Origin: an uncultured Rikenella sp.
GTDB taxonomy: Bacteria; Bacteroidota; Bacteroidia; Bacteroidales; VadinHA17
NCBI GenBank assembly: GCA_964411345.1
Contig: CAYPKP010000002.1
Coordinates: 67,312 to 131,311, forward strand
DNA: 64,000 nucleotides
Reading direction: 5' to 3'
The position numbers and the translations under genes are program-made. Below, in pieces: positions 8,251 through 18,100 of this stretch (the first letter of the stretch is position 1; each line of letters begins with the position of its first letter). The notes beneath the pieces are model-generated. The model saw nothing but the letters and a program-made list of their open reading frames with translations, was not told the origin of the DNA and searched no databases.

Positions 8251-10284
8251 ATGATAAGAAACTGCATAAATATCTTTCTGCTGACGGTCATATCCCTGAC
8301 AATGACGGGGCAGACACTGACCAACAGCAACCTGCCGATTGTCATCATCACCACTGACGGAGGGGCAACGATACCTGACGAGCCCAAGGTCAAGGCGTCG
8401 ATGAAGCTGATCTACCGCGGGCCGGGAGAACGCAACTATGTGACTGACAGGGACAATCCGGCTTTTCTCGATTATGACGGCCGCATTGGCATTGAGATAA
8501 GAGGATCATCATCCCAGGTTTCCCCGAAGAAGAATTACGGCTTCACCACCCGCATGGCTGATGATGTGACGAACAATAATGTGAGTCTCCTCGGGATGCC
8601 GGAAGAGAACGACTGGATACTGGGAGGGATGGTATTTGACACTGCGCTTGTACGCGATTACCTGTGCCACCGTCTCTATGAGAGGCTAGGCAACTATGCA
8701 TCGAGAGCCAGATACTGCGAGGTGATCATCAATAATACCTACGTTGGACTTTACATCCTGCAGGAGAAGCTGAAGGCCGACGACAACAGGATAGACGTTA
8801 TCAAGATAAAGAGTACCGACAATACACTTCCGGATCTCTCCGGAGGTTATATCACCAAGGCTGACAAGCTTACCGGAGGTGATACTCCCGCATGGATAAT
8901 GTATTCATTCCAGAATTCTGTTGTTGATTACATTCACGAGTTGCCCAAGCCGGAAAATGCTACCGCAGCCCAGACCGCCTATATCAAGGGAGAGTTTTTC
9001 AGGCTCGAGGCAGCGGCAGGAAACAATGACATCTCCGTCATCAACGGATACCCGGCGATAATCGATATCCCCTCCTTCATCGATTTCATGATCGTCAATG
9101 AATTCGCCTCCAATCCTGATGCCTACCAGTACAGCACCTACTTCCACAAGGAGAGGAACGGCAAGCTCCGGGCGGGACCGGTATGGGATCTGGACCTCTC
9201 CTTCGGCAACGACCTCTTTCAGTGGAGTCTTGACAGGAGCAAGACATACCTGTGGTACTTTGAGGATTACTATTACAACAACGGCTCAAGGTTCTGGCGT
9301 GATCTCTTTCATAACACCCAGTACAGATGTTATCTCTCGCGACGATGGAATGAGGTTATCCAGACAGGGCAGCCTTTTAACGGGGTCTCACTTGATGGTT
9401 TCATCGACAGTACGGTGGCGCATATCTCCGAGGCCGTTGCCAGGGAGTACCAGCGGTGGGGCAAGATCGGAAGCCATGCACAGCGCATTGCCGACATCAA
9501 AACGTTTATGGCAGCCCGTACTGACTGGATAACCTCCAACATAGGTTCATACAGCGCCTGCAGCGATGTGACCGTACCACGGCTGGTGATAACGAAGATA
9601 ATGTATCATCCGCAGACCACCACCCAGTTCCCCGACGAAGAAGAGCTGGAGTTCATCGAGATAAGGAACAGCGGCACCACAACCGTGAACCTGAGCGGAG
9701 TTTATTTCCCGGGTACGGGCTTCGTCTACCGGTTTCCTGCCAGCTCCACCCTGGCACCGGGGCTCTCGGTAATACTGGCCAGCAATGCATCACTCTTTGA
9801 GTCGGCATACGGTTTCGCCCCCTTCGGGCAGTTCACCAAGCACCTTTCGAACAAGGGCGAGCCGCTGATCCTCGCAGATGCCTTCGGCAATGTGATAGAC
9901 TATGTTGAATATTCAGACCAGTATCCCTGGCCTGACGCTGACGGCAACGGGTACTACCTGAAACTCACTTCTACGGACCTTGACAACAGTCTGGCAGAGA
10001 GCTGGACAGCATCAAACGAGGTTATCACGTCAATCGAAGTGCCATATGATCCGGCAACCGTTTCCATTTTCCCGAATCCCTTCAGGGAGACACTCTACAT
10101 AACCGGTGAGTCAGTGATAACATCGGTCGATATCTATGACATTAACGGCAGGCTGGTGCTGTCGCAGCCGGGAGGCAGTGAAAGGTGCCAGGTTCATGCC
10201 GGCAGGCTTGCAGCCGGCACCTATATCATCAGGGTCACATCTGGTGACAGGTACTACAGTGACAAGATTGTAAAGAGGCAGTGA
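8251..10284 (+). CDS. secreted CotH kinase-family protein with lamin-tail domain and T9SS C-terminal sorting domain
   Basis: The track ORF (7876..) runs antisense through thrB. I trimmed it to ATG 8251 (MIRNCINIFLLTVISLTMTGQ signal peptide). CotH-like core: ...YCEVIINNTYVGLYILQEK..., GPVWDLDLSFGN. LTD-like region: LEFIEIRNSG...LSNKGEPLILADAFGNVIDYVEY. T9SS CTD-like tail: SIFPNPFRETLYI...VDIYDINGRLV...GTYIIRV. Confidence 0.75.
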   Translation: MIRNCINIFLLTVISLTMTGQTLTNSNLPIVIITTDGGATIPDEPKVKASMKLIYRGPGERNYVTDRDNPAFLDYDGRIGIEIRGSSSQVSPKKNYGFTTRMADDVTNNNVSLLGMPEENDWILGGMVFDTALVRDYLCHRLYERLGNYASRARYCEVIINNTYVGLYILQEKLKADDNRIDVIKIKSTDNTLPDLSGGYITKADKLTGGDTPAWIMYSFQNSVVDYIHELPKPENATAAQTAYIKGEFFRLEAAAGNNDISVINGYPAIIDIPSFIDFMIVNEFASNPDAYQYSTYFHKERNGKLRAGPVWDLDLSFGNDLFQWSLDRSKTYLWYFEDYYYNNGSRFWRDLFHNTQYRCYLSRRWNEVIQTGQPFNGVSLDGFIDSTVAHISEAVAREYQRWGKIGSHAQRIADIKTFMAARTDWITSNIGSYSACSDVTVPRLVITKIMYHPQTTTQFPDEEELEFIEIRNSGTTTVNLSGVYFPGTGFVYRFPASSTLAPGLSVILASNASLFESAYGFAPFGQFTKHLSNKGEPLILADAFGNVIDYVEYSDQYPWPDADGNGYYLKLTSTDLDNSLAESWTASNEVITSIEVPYDPATVSIFPNPFRETLYITGESVITSVDIYDINGRLVLSQPGGSERCQVHAGRLAAGTYIIRVTSGDRYYSDKIVKRQ

Positions 10285-10285
10285 T

Positions 10286-11701
10286 CTACCAAATATAGGT
10301 TCCGACGGCACCGCCGTCAAGGGTAAGAGGAACGGAGAAGCCCCTGTACCTTACATTGAAATTTCTTTTTGAAGGAGTGGTGTTGAGCACTATCAGCACC
10401 TTCCTGCCGTCCGCAGTCATGAATCCCACATTTGGCAGCCCCCCGGGCATGTTGGTGGATACCCGCACTGAACCAGGTCTGACATGCCTGGCGGCATGGG
10501 CGAGGATGTAATATGCCGGGTTTCTCTTTACGCTGTTGCCGTCCAGGGTCACGGTACCGAGACACCTGTCGCACCCTCCCTCTGTATGAGGGTCATATGA
10601 CGGGTCGGAGGCCAGGTTCCATTCAAGGACGTTCCTGCACCAGTTGCGCGTTGCGCCTATGATCAGGTTTTCGACATGCCATTTGATATCCTCGGCCATG
10701 TTCCCGGGTCCTCCAACCCACTGCTCGGTGAAGTAGAGGTTCTTTGAAGGCCAGGCCTCATGCACGGCAGTGAGATCGTCAATGGAGCCGCCATAGAGGT
10801 GGAAGGCAGAGCCGTCAATATACTGTCTGGCCCCCGCGTCGTTGAGTACGGCAAGCGGGTAGTCGGTCCTGTCGGCATTGTGATCATAGATGATGATCTT
10901 CGTAGTGATGCCGGCAGCCGCAAATGCAGGCCCGAGATTTTCCCTGATAAAAAGAGCCTGGTCCTCAGCCGTCATCACCATGCTCGGGTTGTTGCCGCCG
11001 TGCAGGGGCTCATTCTGGACGGTGATGGCATCTATGTCTATACCCTCGGCCTTCATGGCCTGGATATATTTTACAAAATAGGTGGCATAGGCATCAAACC
11101 ACTCACGCTTCAGGCTCCCTCCCACAGAGGCGTTGTTGCTCTTCATCCACAGCGGAGCTGACCATGGTGAGCCCATGATCTTAATTGAAGGATTTATGGC
11201 CAGTATCTCTTTAAGGACAGGTATCAGGTCCTCCCTCTCAGGATCGATGCTGAACCTCTCCATCAGCGGGTCGGTCTCTCCCGCAGGCAGGTCATTATAG
11301 GAGAAGACCCTGTCGCTCAGGTCAGAGGCACCGATGCTTATCCTGAGGTAGCTGATCCCGATACCGTTGTCCTCAGTGGAGAAGAGCTCCCCAAGCAGCT
11401 CTCCGCGGGCCTCCGGCGTCATCTGGTTAAGCAGGATGGCACTGCCGCCTGTAAGGCAGTTGCCAAATCCGTCGATCTCCTGGTATGTTTCCGCAGTGTC
11501 AACGACAATAGCCGGGTCATTGTTGGAAGCCGTGAGAAACTCCAGCTTGCCGTCATGCTTCTCAAAGAGAACATCCTTCTGGGGAGAGGTGATCCACGCT
11601 TCCACAGTTATTCCGGTACCCTCCCCGGTGTCCGGACCGTTTTCCGGAGACCTGTTGCAACTGATGATGAGAAGGGCAAAAATGAATGGCAATATCTTCA
11701 T
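10286..11701 (-). CDS. glycoside hydrolase family 30 lipoprotein (likely beta-1,6-glucanase/debranching)
   Basis: Lipoprotein signal MKILPFIFALLIISCN. GH30 signatures GSPWSAPLWMK, ITVQNEP and YFTEQW. It sits within the beta-glucan locus. Confidence 0.8.
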   Translation of the reverse strand: MKILPFIFALLIISCNRSPENGPDTGEGTGITVEAWITSPQKDVLFEKHDGKLEFLTASNNDPAIVVDTAETYQEIDGFGNCLTGGSAILLNQMTPEARGELLGELFSTEDNGIGISYLRISIGASDLSDRVFSYNDLPAGETDPLMERFSIDPEREDLIPVLKEILAINPSIKIMGSPWSAPLWMKSNNASVGGSLKREWFDAYATYFVKYIQAMKAEGIDIDAITVQNEPLHGGNNPSMVMTAEDQALFIRENLGPAFAAAGITTKIIIYDHNADRTDYPLAVLNDAGARQYIDGSAFHLYGGSIDDLTAVHEAWPSKNLYFTEQWVGGPGNMAEDIKWHVENLIIGATRNWCRNVLEWNLASDPSYDPHTEGGCDRCLGTVTLDGNSVKRNPAYYILAHAARHVRPGSVRVSTNMPGGLPNVGFMTADGRKVLIVLNTTPSKRNFNVRYRGFSVPLTLDGGAVGTYIW

Positions 11702-11709
11702 CGGTGAAA

Positions 11710-12549
11710 TTATTTGACCTGGTAAACCCTGACGTAATCAACTACCATTGACCGCGGGAAGATGGAGTCGTCAACACCCTGCACTCCTCCCCAGTTTCCT
11801 CCGACAGCCACGTTGAGCAGCAGGTGAAACCGTTTGTTGAAAGGCCACACCTTATATCCGGTTCCCTCGTTCTGAAATGTAAAGTAGTGCTTGTCATCAA
11901 CATATCCCCTGATCTCCTTCAGGTCCCACTCAATGGCATAAACATGGAAATCGGTATAGCACGTTGAAACAGTAGTCTTTGATGATTTCTGTGTCCCGAT
12001 GGTATGATTGTAAGATTCCGTGTGCACTGATGCGTGGATTACATAGGGTTCATAGCCCACGTTTTCCATTATGTCTATCTCACCGCTGGCAGGCCATCCG
12101 CCGTACTCCCAGTCGGTGGGCAGCATCCATATTGCCGGCCACATTCCCCTGCCGTCGGGAATTTTTGCCTTCACCTCCACCCTGCCGTACAGCCAGTCGC
12201 CCTTGCCTTTCGTCCGCAGCCTCGCAGATGTATAGTCAAAGCCCTCATAATCCTCCCTGTGGGCGGTGATGTAAAGAAAGCCGTCCCTGACCTCGGCATT
12301 CGCCAGCCTGCCGGCAGTATAATACTGCAATTCATTATTGCCCCATCCGGAGGCATTGCCGTCAACGTCATAGCCCCACTTGTTCGCATCAGGCAGGCCT
12401 GTGTTACTGAACTCATCGCTCCACACCAGCACAAGTTGACCGGTGTTTGGGTTATCCGGATATTCTTCAGGGTCGTTTTCACCGCTGCACCCTGTCATCA
12501 GAAGGAAAACCGGCAAGAAGACCGATACTATTATTGGCATAAGTTTCAT
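11710..12549 (-). CDS. glycoside hydrolase family 16 lipoprotein (laminarinase-type endo-beta-1,3-glucanase)
   Basis: Lipobox LLMTGCSG followed by an acidic stretch (ENDPEE). GH16 catalytic motif SGEIDIMEN (ExDxxE) and WPAIWMLP. Confidence 0.9.
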   Translation of the reverse strand: MKLMPIIVSVFLPVFLLMTGCSGENDPEEYPDNPNTGQLVLVWSDEFSNTGLPDANKWGYDVDGNASGWGNNELQYYTAGRLANAEVRDGFLYITAHREDYEGFDYTSARLRTKGKGDWLYGRVEVKAKIPDGRGMWPAIWMLPTDWEYGGWPASGEIDIMENVGYEPYVIHASVHTESYNHTIGTQKSSKTTVSTCYTDFHVYAIEWDLKEIRGYVDDKHYFTFQNEGTGYKVWPFNKRFHLLLNVAVGGNWGGVQGVDDSIFPRSMVVDYVRVYQVK

Positions 12550-12658
12550 CTGTGTATAATTTGATATCTGGAGGTCATATGCACCCCCCTTGTTTGCCGG
12601 GCATTTTCATTACTGCCTGTGTTTTTCAGAACCGGAGGATTCATCTCTTCAGATTATG

Positions 12659-14917
12659 CTACCTGATGATAAAATCAGCATGGAGCCCCTCGTCTGAATT
12701 CGGTCCTACCCATACATCAAACTCACCAGGCTCAGTGACAGTCTCTTTGCCATTGAAGAAGGCCAGGTCAGCAGCTGTGAGGGTAAACTCCACCTCCGCC
12801 GTCTCCCCTTTGGGTATGGTAATTCTCCTGTACCCCTTCAGCTCCCTGATCGGGCGGGTTATGCTGCCCACCCTGTCACGGATATAGAGCTGGACTATCT
12901 CAGCGGCATCCCGCTCACCGCTGTTGTTCACCTTTGCCTTTACTGTTATTGAACCTGCTGTGCTCATCTCATCATCAGACAGTTCAAGATCACTGTAGGT
13001 GAAGGTTGTATAGCTGAGTCCGTACCCGAAAGGCAACAGCGGTGTATAGCCGTAATCGAGATGGAAAGACTCGTATCCGAGTGAGCTCTGCGGATTCTCA
13101 ACAGGGATCTCGTCTATGGGTGTCCATGTCTCGTCCGAGGCAGGCCTGCCGGTGTTTTTCCGGTAATAGTAGAACGGAATCTGACCCTCACCCTTGACGA
13201 AGGTCACCGGAAGCTTGCCCGAGGGGGATTCCTTTCCGAAAATAAGGTCGGCAAGTGCCGGGCCTGCCATCGTCCCTCCGTGCCAGGCGTAGAGAAGGGC
13301 ATCAGACTCCTTCAGCTCATCACCTATTGCCAGTGGCCTGCCGGCCATCACAATGACGACCAGTGGCTTGCCCGTTGCGGCCAGGGCCGTAAGCAGCTCG
13401 CTCTGAGCGCCCGGCAGATCTATGTTGCCCCGGGACTGCCCCTCTCCTGACAGTATCCACTCCTCACCGATGAACAGGAGGATGGCGTCGGATCTTTCGG
13501 CCGCAGCAACGGCGGCACCGAACTGATCTCTCTTCCTGTCGCGGCTGTATTTCAATCCCTGGACATAACTGACCCTTTTTTCGCCAATCAGATCCCTGAT
13601 GGCCTCCAGGGGAGTGACCGAGTTCTCCGGCCGGCCGTCGAAGCTCCAGGTGCCCATCTGGTCACGCGGGGCATCGGCAAGCGGGCCTATTACGGCCAGT
13701 GATCTGATCTCTGCCTCTGAAAGAGGAAGCGTGCCGTTATCGTTCTTCAGCATCACCGTGCTCTCTCTTGCTACCTTGCGGGCATGCTCAAGGAAGGAAG
13801 GATCGAGGATCCTCTTCTCTGCCTCCGGATCAACATAGGGATTCTCAAATAATCCAAGCTTGTATTTCACCCTCAGTATGTTTTTCACAGCACCGTCAAT
13901 CTGCTGCATGGTGATCTTCTTCTCCTCCAGCAATGCCTTGATGTTGTCAAAATATGTGGTGGTAGCCATCTCCATATCCAGGCCGGCAACAATGGCTTTA
14001 GCGGCAGCATCCTTCTCGTCAACGGCATATCCCTGATCAACAATCTGCGGGACCGATGCCCAGTCGCTGATGACAAGTCCGTCGAATCCCCACTCATCAC
14101 GCAGTATCTGTTTCAGGATAAACTCATTTGCCGAAACAGGAACACCGTTCAGTTCGTTGAACCCGGACATGAATGTCAGGGCACCTGCATCCTTTGCGGC
14201 CCTGAACGGTTTCAGAACCACATTGCGCAGCACCGGCTCCGAAATATAGGTGGTATTGTAATCACGTCCTGCCTCCGCGAAACCGTAACCCGCATAGTGC
14301 TTGGCACATGCCGCCACGGAGGCGGGGTCAGTGAGACTGTCACCCTGCAGGCCCTGAACCATTGCATATGCCAGTGTGGAAGCCAGATAGGGATCCTCAC
14401 CGAGCCCTTCAGCTACCCTGCCCCACCTGGGATCCCACGTAATGTCAATCATGGGCGCAAACGCCCAGTTGATTCCCTGTGTCGAGGCCTCGGACGCTGC
14501 AATACGATAAGCCTCCTTCACTGACTCAGGATTCCAGGATGCGGCCATCCCAAGAGGGATAGGGAAGATGGTGCGATAGCCGTGGATGACATCCCGGCCA
14601 ATCAGAAGTGGTATCCCAAGCCTGCTCTCTTCAACGGCAATGCGCTGGGCCTCATTGACCTTGTCGGGTCCGAGGTAGTTGAGCAGCGAACCGAACCTGC
14701 CGTCGCGGATAGCTTGCTTAAATTTCTCATTATCACTGAAATATCCATCGAACAGCTGTGACATCTGGCCTATCTTCTCATCAAGTGTCATACGGGCAAC
14801 CATCTTTTCAGCCCTGGCATCAGCGTCGTCCTTTACAGGGGCTCCTCTCTTGCATGAAAAGGTCAGGCAGGCGGTAAGCAGGAACAGCAGTACAAGTGAA
14901 GGTTTAAAGTTATTCAT
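12659..14917 (-). CDS. glycoside hydrolase family 3 beta-glucosidase
   Basis: 752 aa with a signal peptide. GH3 nucleophile region GLVISDW, plus KHYAGYG and the overall BglX-like two-domain + FnIII-like length. Confidence 0.9.
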   Translation of the reverse strand: MNNFKPSLVLLFLLTACLTFSCKRGAPVKDDADARAEKMVARMTLDEKIGQMSQLFDGYFSDNEKFKQAIRDGRFGSLLNYLGPDKVNEAQRIAVEESRLGIPLLIGRDVIHGYRTIFPIPLGMAASWNPESVKEAYRIAASEASTQGINWAFAPMIDITWDPRWGRVAEGLGEDPYLASTLAYAMVQGLQGDSLTDPASVAACAKHYAGYGFAEAGRDYNTTYISEPVLRNVVLKPFRAAKDAGALTFMSGFNELNGVPVSANEFILKQILRDEWGFDGLVISDWASVPQIVDQGYAVDEKDAAAKAIVAGLDMEMATTTYFDNIKALLEEKKITMQQIDGAVKNILRVKYKLGLFENPYVDPEAEKRILDPSFLEHARKVARESTVMLKNDNGTLPLSEAEIRSLAVIGPLADAPRDQMGTWSFDGRPENSVTPLEAIRDLIGEKRVSYVQGLKYSRDRKRDQFGAAVAAAERSDAILLFIGEEWILSGEGQSRGNIDLPGAQSELLTALAATGKPLVVIVMAGRPLAIGDELKESDALLYAWHGGTMAGPALADLIFGKESPSGKLPVTFVKGEGQIPFYYYRKNTGRPASDETWTPIDEIPVENPQSSLGYESFHLDYGYTPLLPFGYGLSYTTFTYSDLELSDDEMSTAGSITVKAKVNNSGERDAAEIVQLYIRDRVGSITRPIRELKGYRRITIPKGETAEVEFTLTAADLAFFNGKETVTEPGEFDVWVGPNSDEGLHADFIIR

Positions 14918-14987
14918 TGATCAGTCACATATAATTTACCAATAACAGGTCAGTGTGCCTGCCTTGAACAGCAACACAATGACCGGG

Positions 14988-14995
14988 CAAATTTA
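14988..14995 (-). promoter_or_regulatory. candidate -7 box (TAAATTTG) for the GH3-GH16-GH30 sub-operon
   Basis: The plus strand reads caaattta, i.e. TAAATTTG on the minus strand, 71 nt upstream of the GH3 ATG and immediately downstream of a hairpin. Confidence 0.4.
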
Positions 14996-15001
14996 ACAAT
15001 T

Positions 15002-15030
15002 TATGCCTGACATCAGCAGCAACAGGCATA
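15002..15030 (-). terminator. hairpin downstream of the phosphorylase-like gene (weak terminator candidate)
   Basis: tatgcctg (15002-15009) pairs with caggcata (15023-15030): an 8-bp stem and 13-nt loop. On the minus strand it is followed by AATTGTTAAATTT, only moderately T-rich. Confidence 0.3.
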
Positions 15031-15179
15031 TGAACAGGAGGTCAGTGACTGGTTTGTGCCCGGCAGAACAGCTGGCGGGACAGGTCGATAATGCTGGCAA
15101 CATGGATTATTGCCTTCAGCAGGGATTGTTGATGCCGACAGTGTGTCCGTCTGTCATGAGGGATAATGCCTGGAGCTGT

Positions 15180-18100
15180 TCAGGAATGAGGCTTTACCGT
15201 TACAATGACATGTTTTATCTCCCCGGTTCTGTTGAAGATCATATTGCTGCACTGGTGATCGAGTGCAGCACCCTCCGCTCTCACAACCCTGCCATCATAA
15301 AATACCACCTCTGTTTCGTTGCGTTCACCGGGGGTATAGACTACCGGCACCTGGCAGAAAGTAAAGGCAATCTGGCTGGCCGTCAGACCAAGATTCTCAC
15401 TCCTGCCACTGACAGATGTATATGTGAACTGTCCGTCACAATCGTGAAGTTCATCATAATTCAGCAGTGAGGTGTCGAACCTGACCCTGCCTGTCTCCAC
15501 AACAACTCCAAGCTCCCTCATCCTGGATATGAAGTCTTCCTTAACCTGTCCGGTCATTCCTGGCTGTCTGGCACCGGAATTACCCGGGGTATGAGAATAG
15601 GCATCGGTGGGAAATGCTCCGTATTTTTCAGGCGGTTTATGTACCCCGATGCCTGCCTTTATATCATAATAGTGATCTCTCAGCCCGGCAGATATCTCGC
15701 TGCCGGCACCCTCGTCGATTGATCTGAAGAAACACTCCTGGGCTGCGAGCAGCAGCTTGGATACCATGTGCCAGTAGATACTTCCCAGGCCTTCATAGGC
15801 ATAAAAGGTGCCCGATCTTCCGGTGAATGACTGATGGTCGAACACCTCCTCATAAATCTTAAGAACCAGCGACTTTTCCTTCTGGACCAGCTTACCGTAG
15901 GAGCGGGCGTCAAGTGAACCGAGTGCCGACTCCAGTAGTCCGGCGTTGCGGAAACTGCGGTGGAAATGGACTGTTCCGGCCTTGTCGCGCACGACAACGG
16001 AGGTCTCACCGTCAGCCACCAACCTGGACAGCAGCTCTGACTCCTCAACCCTGGCTGCCGGGATATTGTTCTTCTCCGTAAACCTTGTCAGCTGCCTGTC
16101 GGGATAGAGCAGATAACTGTACTGGTCACTCCTGAACAGGTCAGACTGCCTTAGTGCGTCAAGCACCTCCAGGGCCTCGGCAGATGTCAGATAACCTGCG
16201 CTGAGCACTGCCACCTGTCCTTCCAGCATCTTGTACAGGTGACGGACGGTTACAGTGTCACCACTGTCAAATGAGACCAGGTTATAGGAGTGATACAAAC
16301 CGTCATCGCGTCTGTTCCTTCGTATTGATTCATCGGCATATTCAAGTGTCAGGCCGAGGAACCGTGAGAGCTGCTTCATGTTTACCGGAGCTTTCCTTCC
16401 GGAGAAGGCATGTCCGTAGACCGTCCGGCGGTATCTTGTACCCGCCTCACCCATGGCATCGGCAAATCTGCGGCGCTCCCGGTCGGAAAATCCCTCTTTC
16501 AGAAGAGATACTCTCTCCTCAAGTATCCCCAGCACACTGTCGAACAGTCCTTTAACCTCTTCGGAGACTTCCACGGATGAGAGATCAGAACGGTTGATGA
16601 TATTCTGCCAGAAATGCAAAAACCTCCTCAGGTAGCAAAGGGTCACCATTGATGCACCGTTACCTACCAGTGCATTGTTGGCATCATTCCACTCCGGCCG
16701 CTGAGTGTTAAGCCAGATCCCGGCCTCAGGTATGAAATTCACCAGCTTGGCCAGCAGCAGCACCAGTATCTTCTCTGCAAGATTCACGTGATAAACTGTC
16801 TTGCCGTCAATACTCAACAGGCGGCCGTCAGACCCTATATCCTCAACGCGGGCGCTGATTCCGGCATTCAGCTCCTTGTCGAAGTCGATGGTATTCTTCG
16901 GATCACGGACAATATCCGCATAGGGCTTTATGCGATATGGCACATTTGCATAGGCAAAATGCTCATTTGCCAGCATCCGGCCAATTTTGCCGGGGTGGTA
17001 CATGTCAGACAGTTCGGCAAGCTTCTGCAGGTAAATTATCTGGTGATCGCCCCAATAGCCTATATAAGCCCACGGATCATCAGGATCGGGGGCCTCCCAG
17101 TCGATTCCGTTGCGCGTGATGCGATAGGGATTATAGCCATCGGGTGTGGTGGCGTTCAGGAATTTGCTGATGATGCTTTCAATGAATTCCGGGAATGAAA
17201 TGGAGAGGGCCTCCCAGTTCTGAAAGATATCCCTCCAGTTTCCCTGGAAATCAAATTTCGGAGTGCCATCTTCATTTCTGCTGTCAATTGAGAACTGATT
17301 CCAGGGACGGCTGGGATCACCGTGCCGGCGGCTGAAAGTCAGGGGCAGGTATTCGCTGAAAATTCTGATTAAGCCGGGATTTCCGCTCTGCCGTGCGCGG
17401 TGGTTCATCTCCTGCAGGGTGATCTCCGCCCCTTTTGCCGGCAGGAGGGATTCTGCCTCAGCCATTATCCGTTTGTCACTCTTGCCGATAAAATTCAGCA
17501 GGTCCTCCACGTTAACGGAGTAGTTGTTGAGGTAGATGCCTCCGCGCATGATATTGAAGAGTGTATTGGAGAAATGGCGTGCCGTACAGAGATCATCACT
17601 GCTCTTCTGCATTCCGTCAGCCGATGCAACGAATGAGACCAGCCTGTCTGTGCCTTTGCTGATGTCTGCTTCAACCAGCTCAACAATGTGTTTCTCATCC
17701 CTGAGGAACCGATCAAGGTTTGCCACATCGGCACTGCCCTGGTCAACCTCACAGACCATTATCCACTCCTCCGGGTGGTGACCCTCCATCAAAATGTCTG
17801 TATGGAGGAGATATGCACCCCTTGTTGCCCTGATGTCAGTTTCGGTCTGAACGGGATTGCCCTTCTTAAATCTGTCAACCTGCCTGTCGGAAAGGAGCAC
17901 TTTGTTCTCTTTCAAACCGCATGACCATACCGTTGTGGCTATCAGGGATTCGCTCGGCTCCGCCTTGTCAACAGGTATGGAGCTGAGCATGAACAACCCA
18001 AGCTTCGTATCTTCGATAAGCTCGCTCTTCTTGTAGCCGTCAAGCAGGTTGCTGTATTCATTCTGAAAATTATAGTCAGCCCCGGCCGGCAGGATATTGA

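Noticed and set aside
12034-12564. 176-aa plus-strand ORF (and 11979..12269, 12171..12482) over the GH16 gene
   Set aside because: Antisense or alternate frames of a GH16 gene with a perfect EIDIME motif. The translations are Pro/Arg/His-rich nonsense.
15003-15470. 155-aa plus-strand ORF spanning the 14.9-15.2 kb spacer and the 3' end of the phosphorylase-like gene
   Set aside because: Most of it is antisense to a strongly supported 1154-aa CDS, with no motifs. The spacer portion is better explained by a hairpin plus -7 box.
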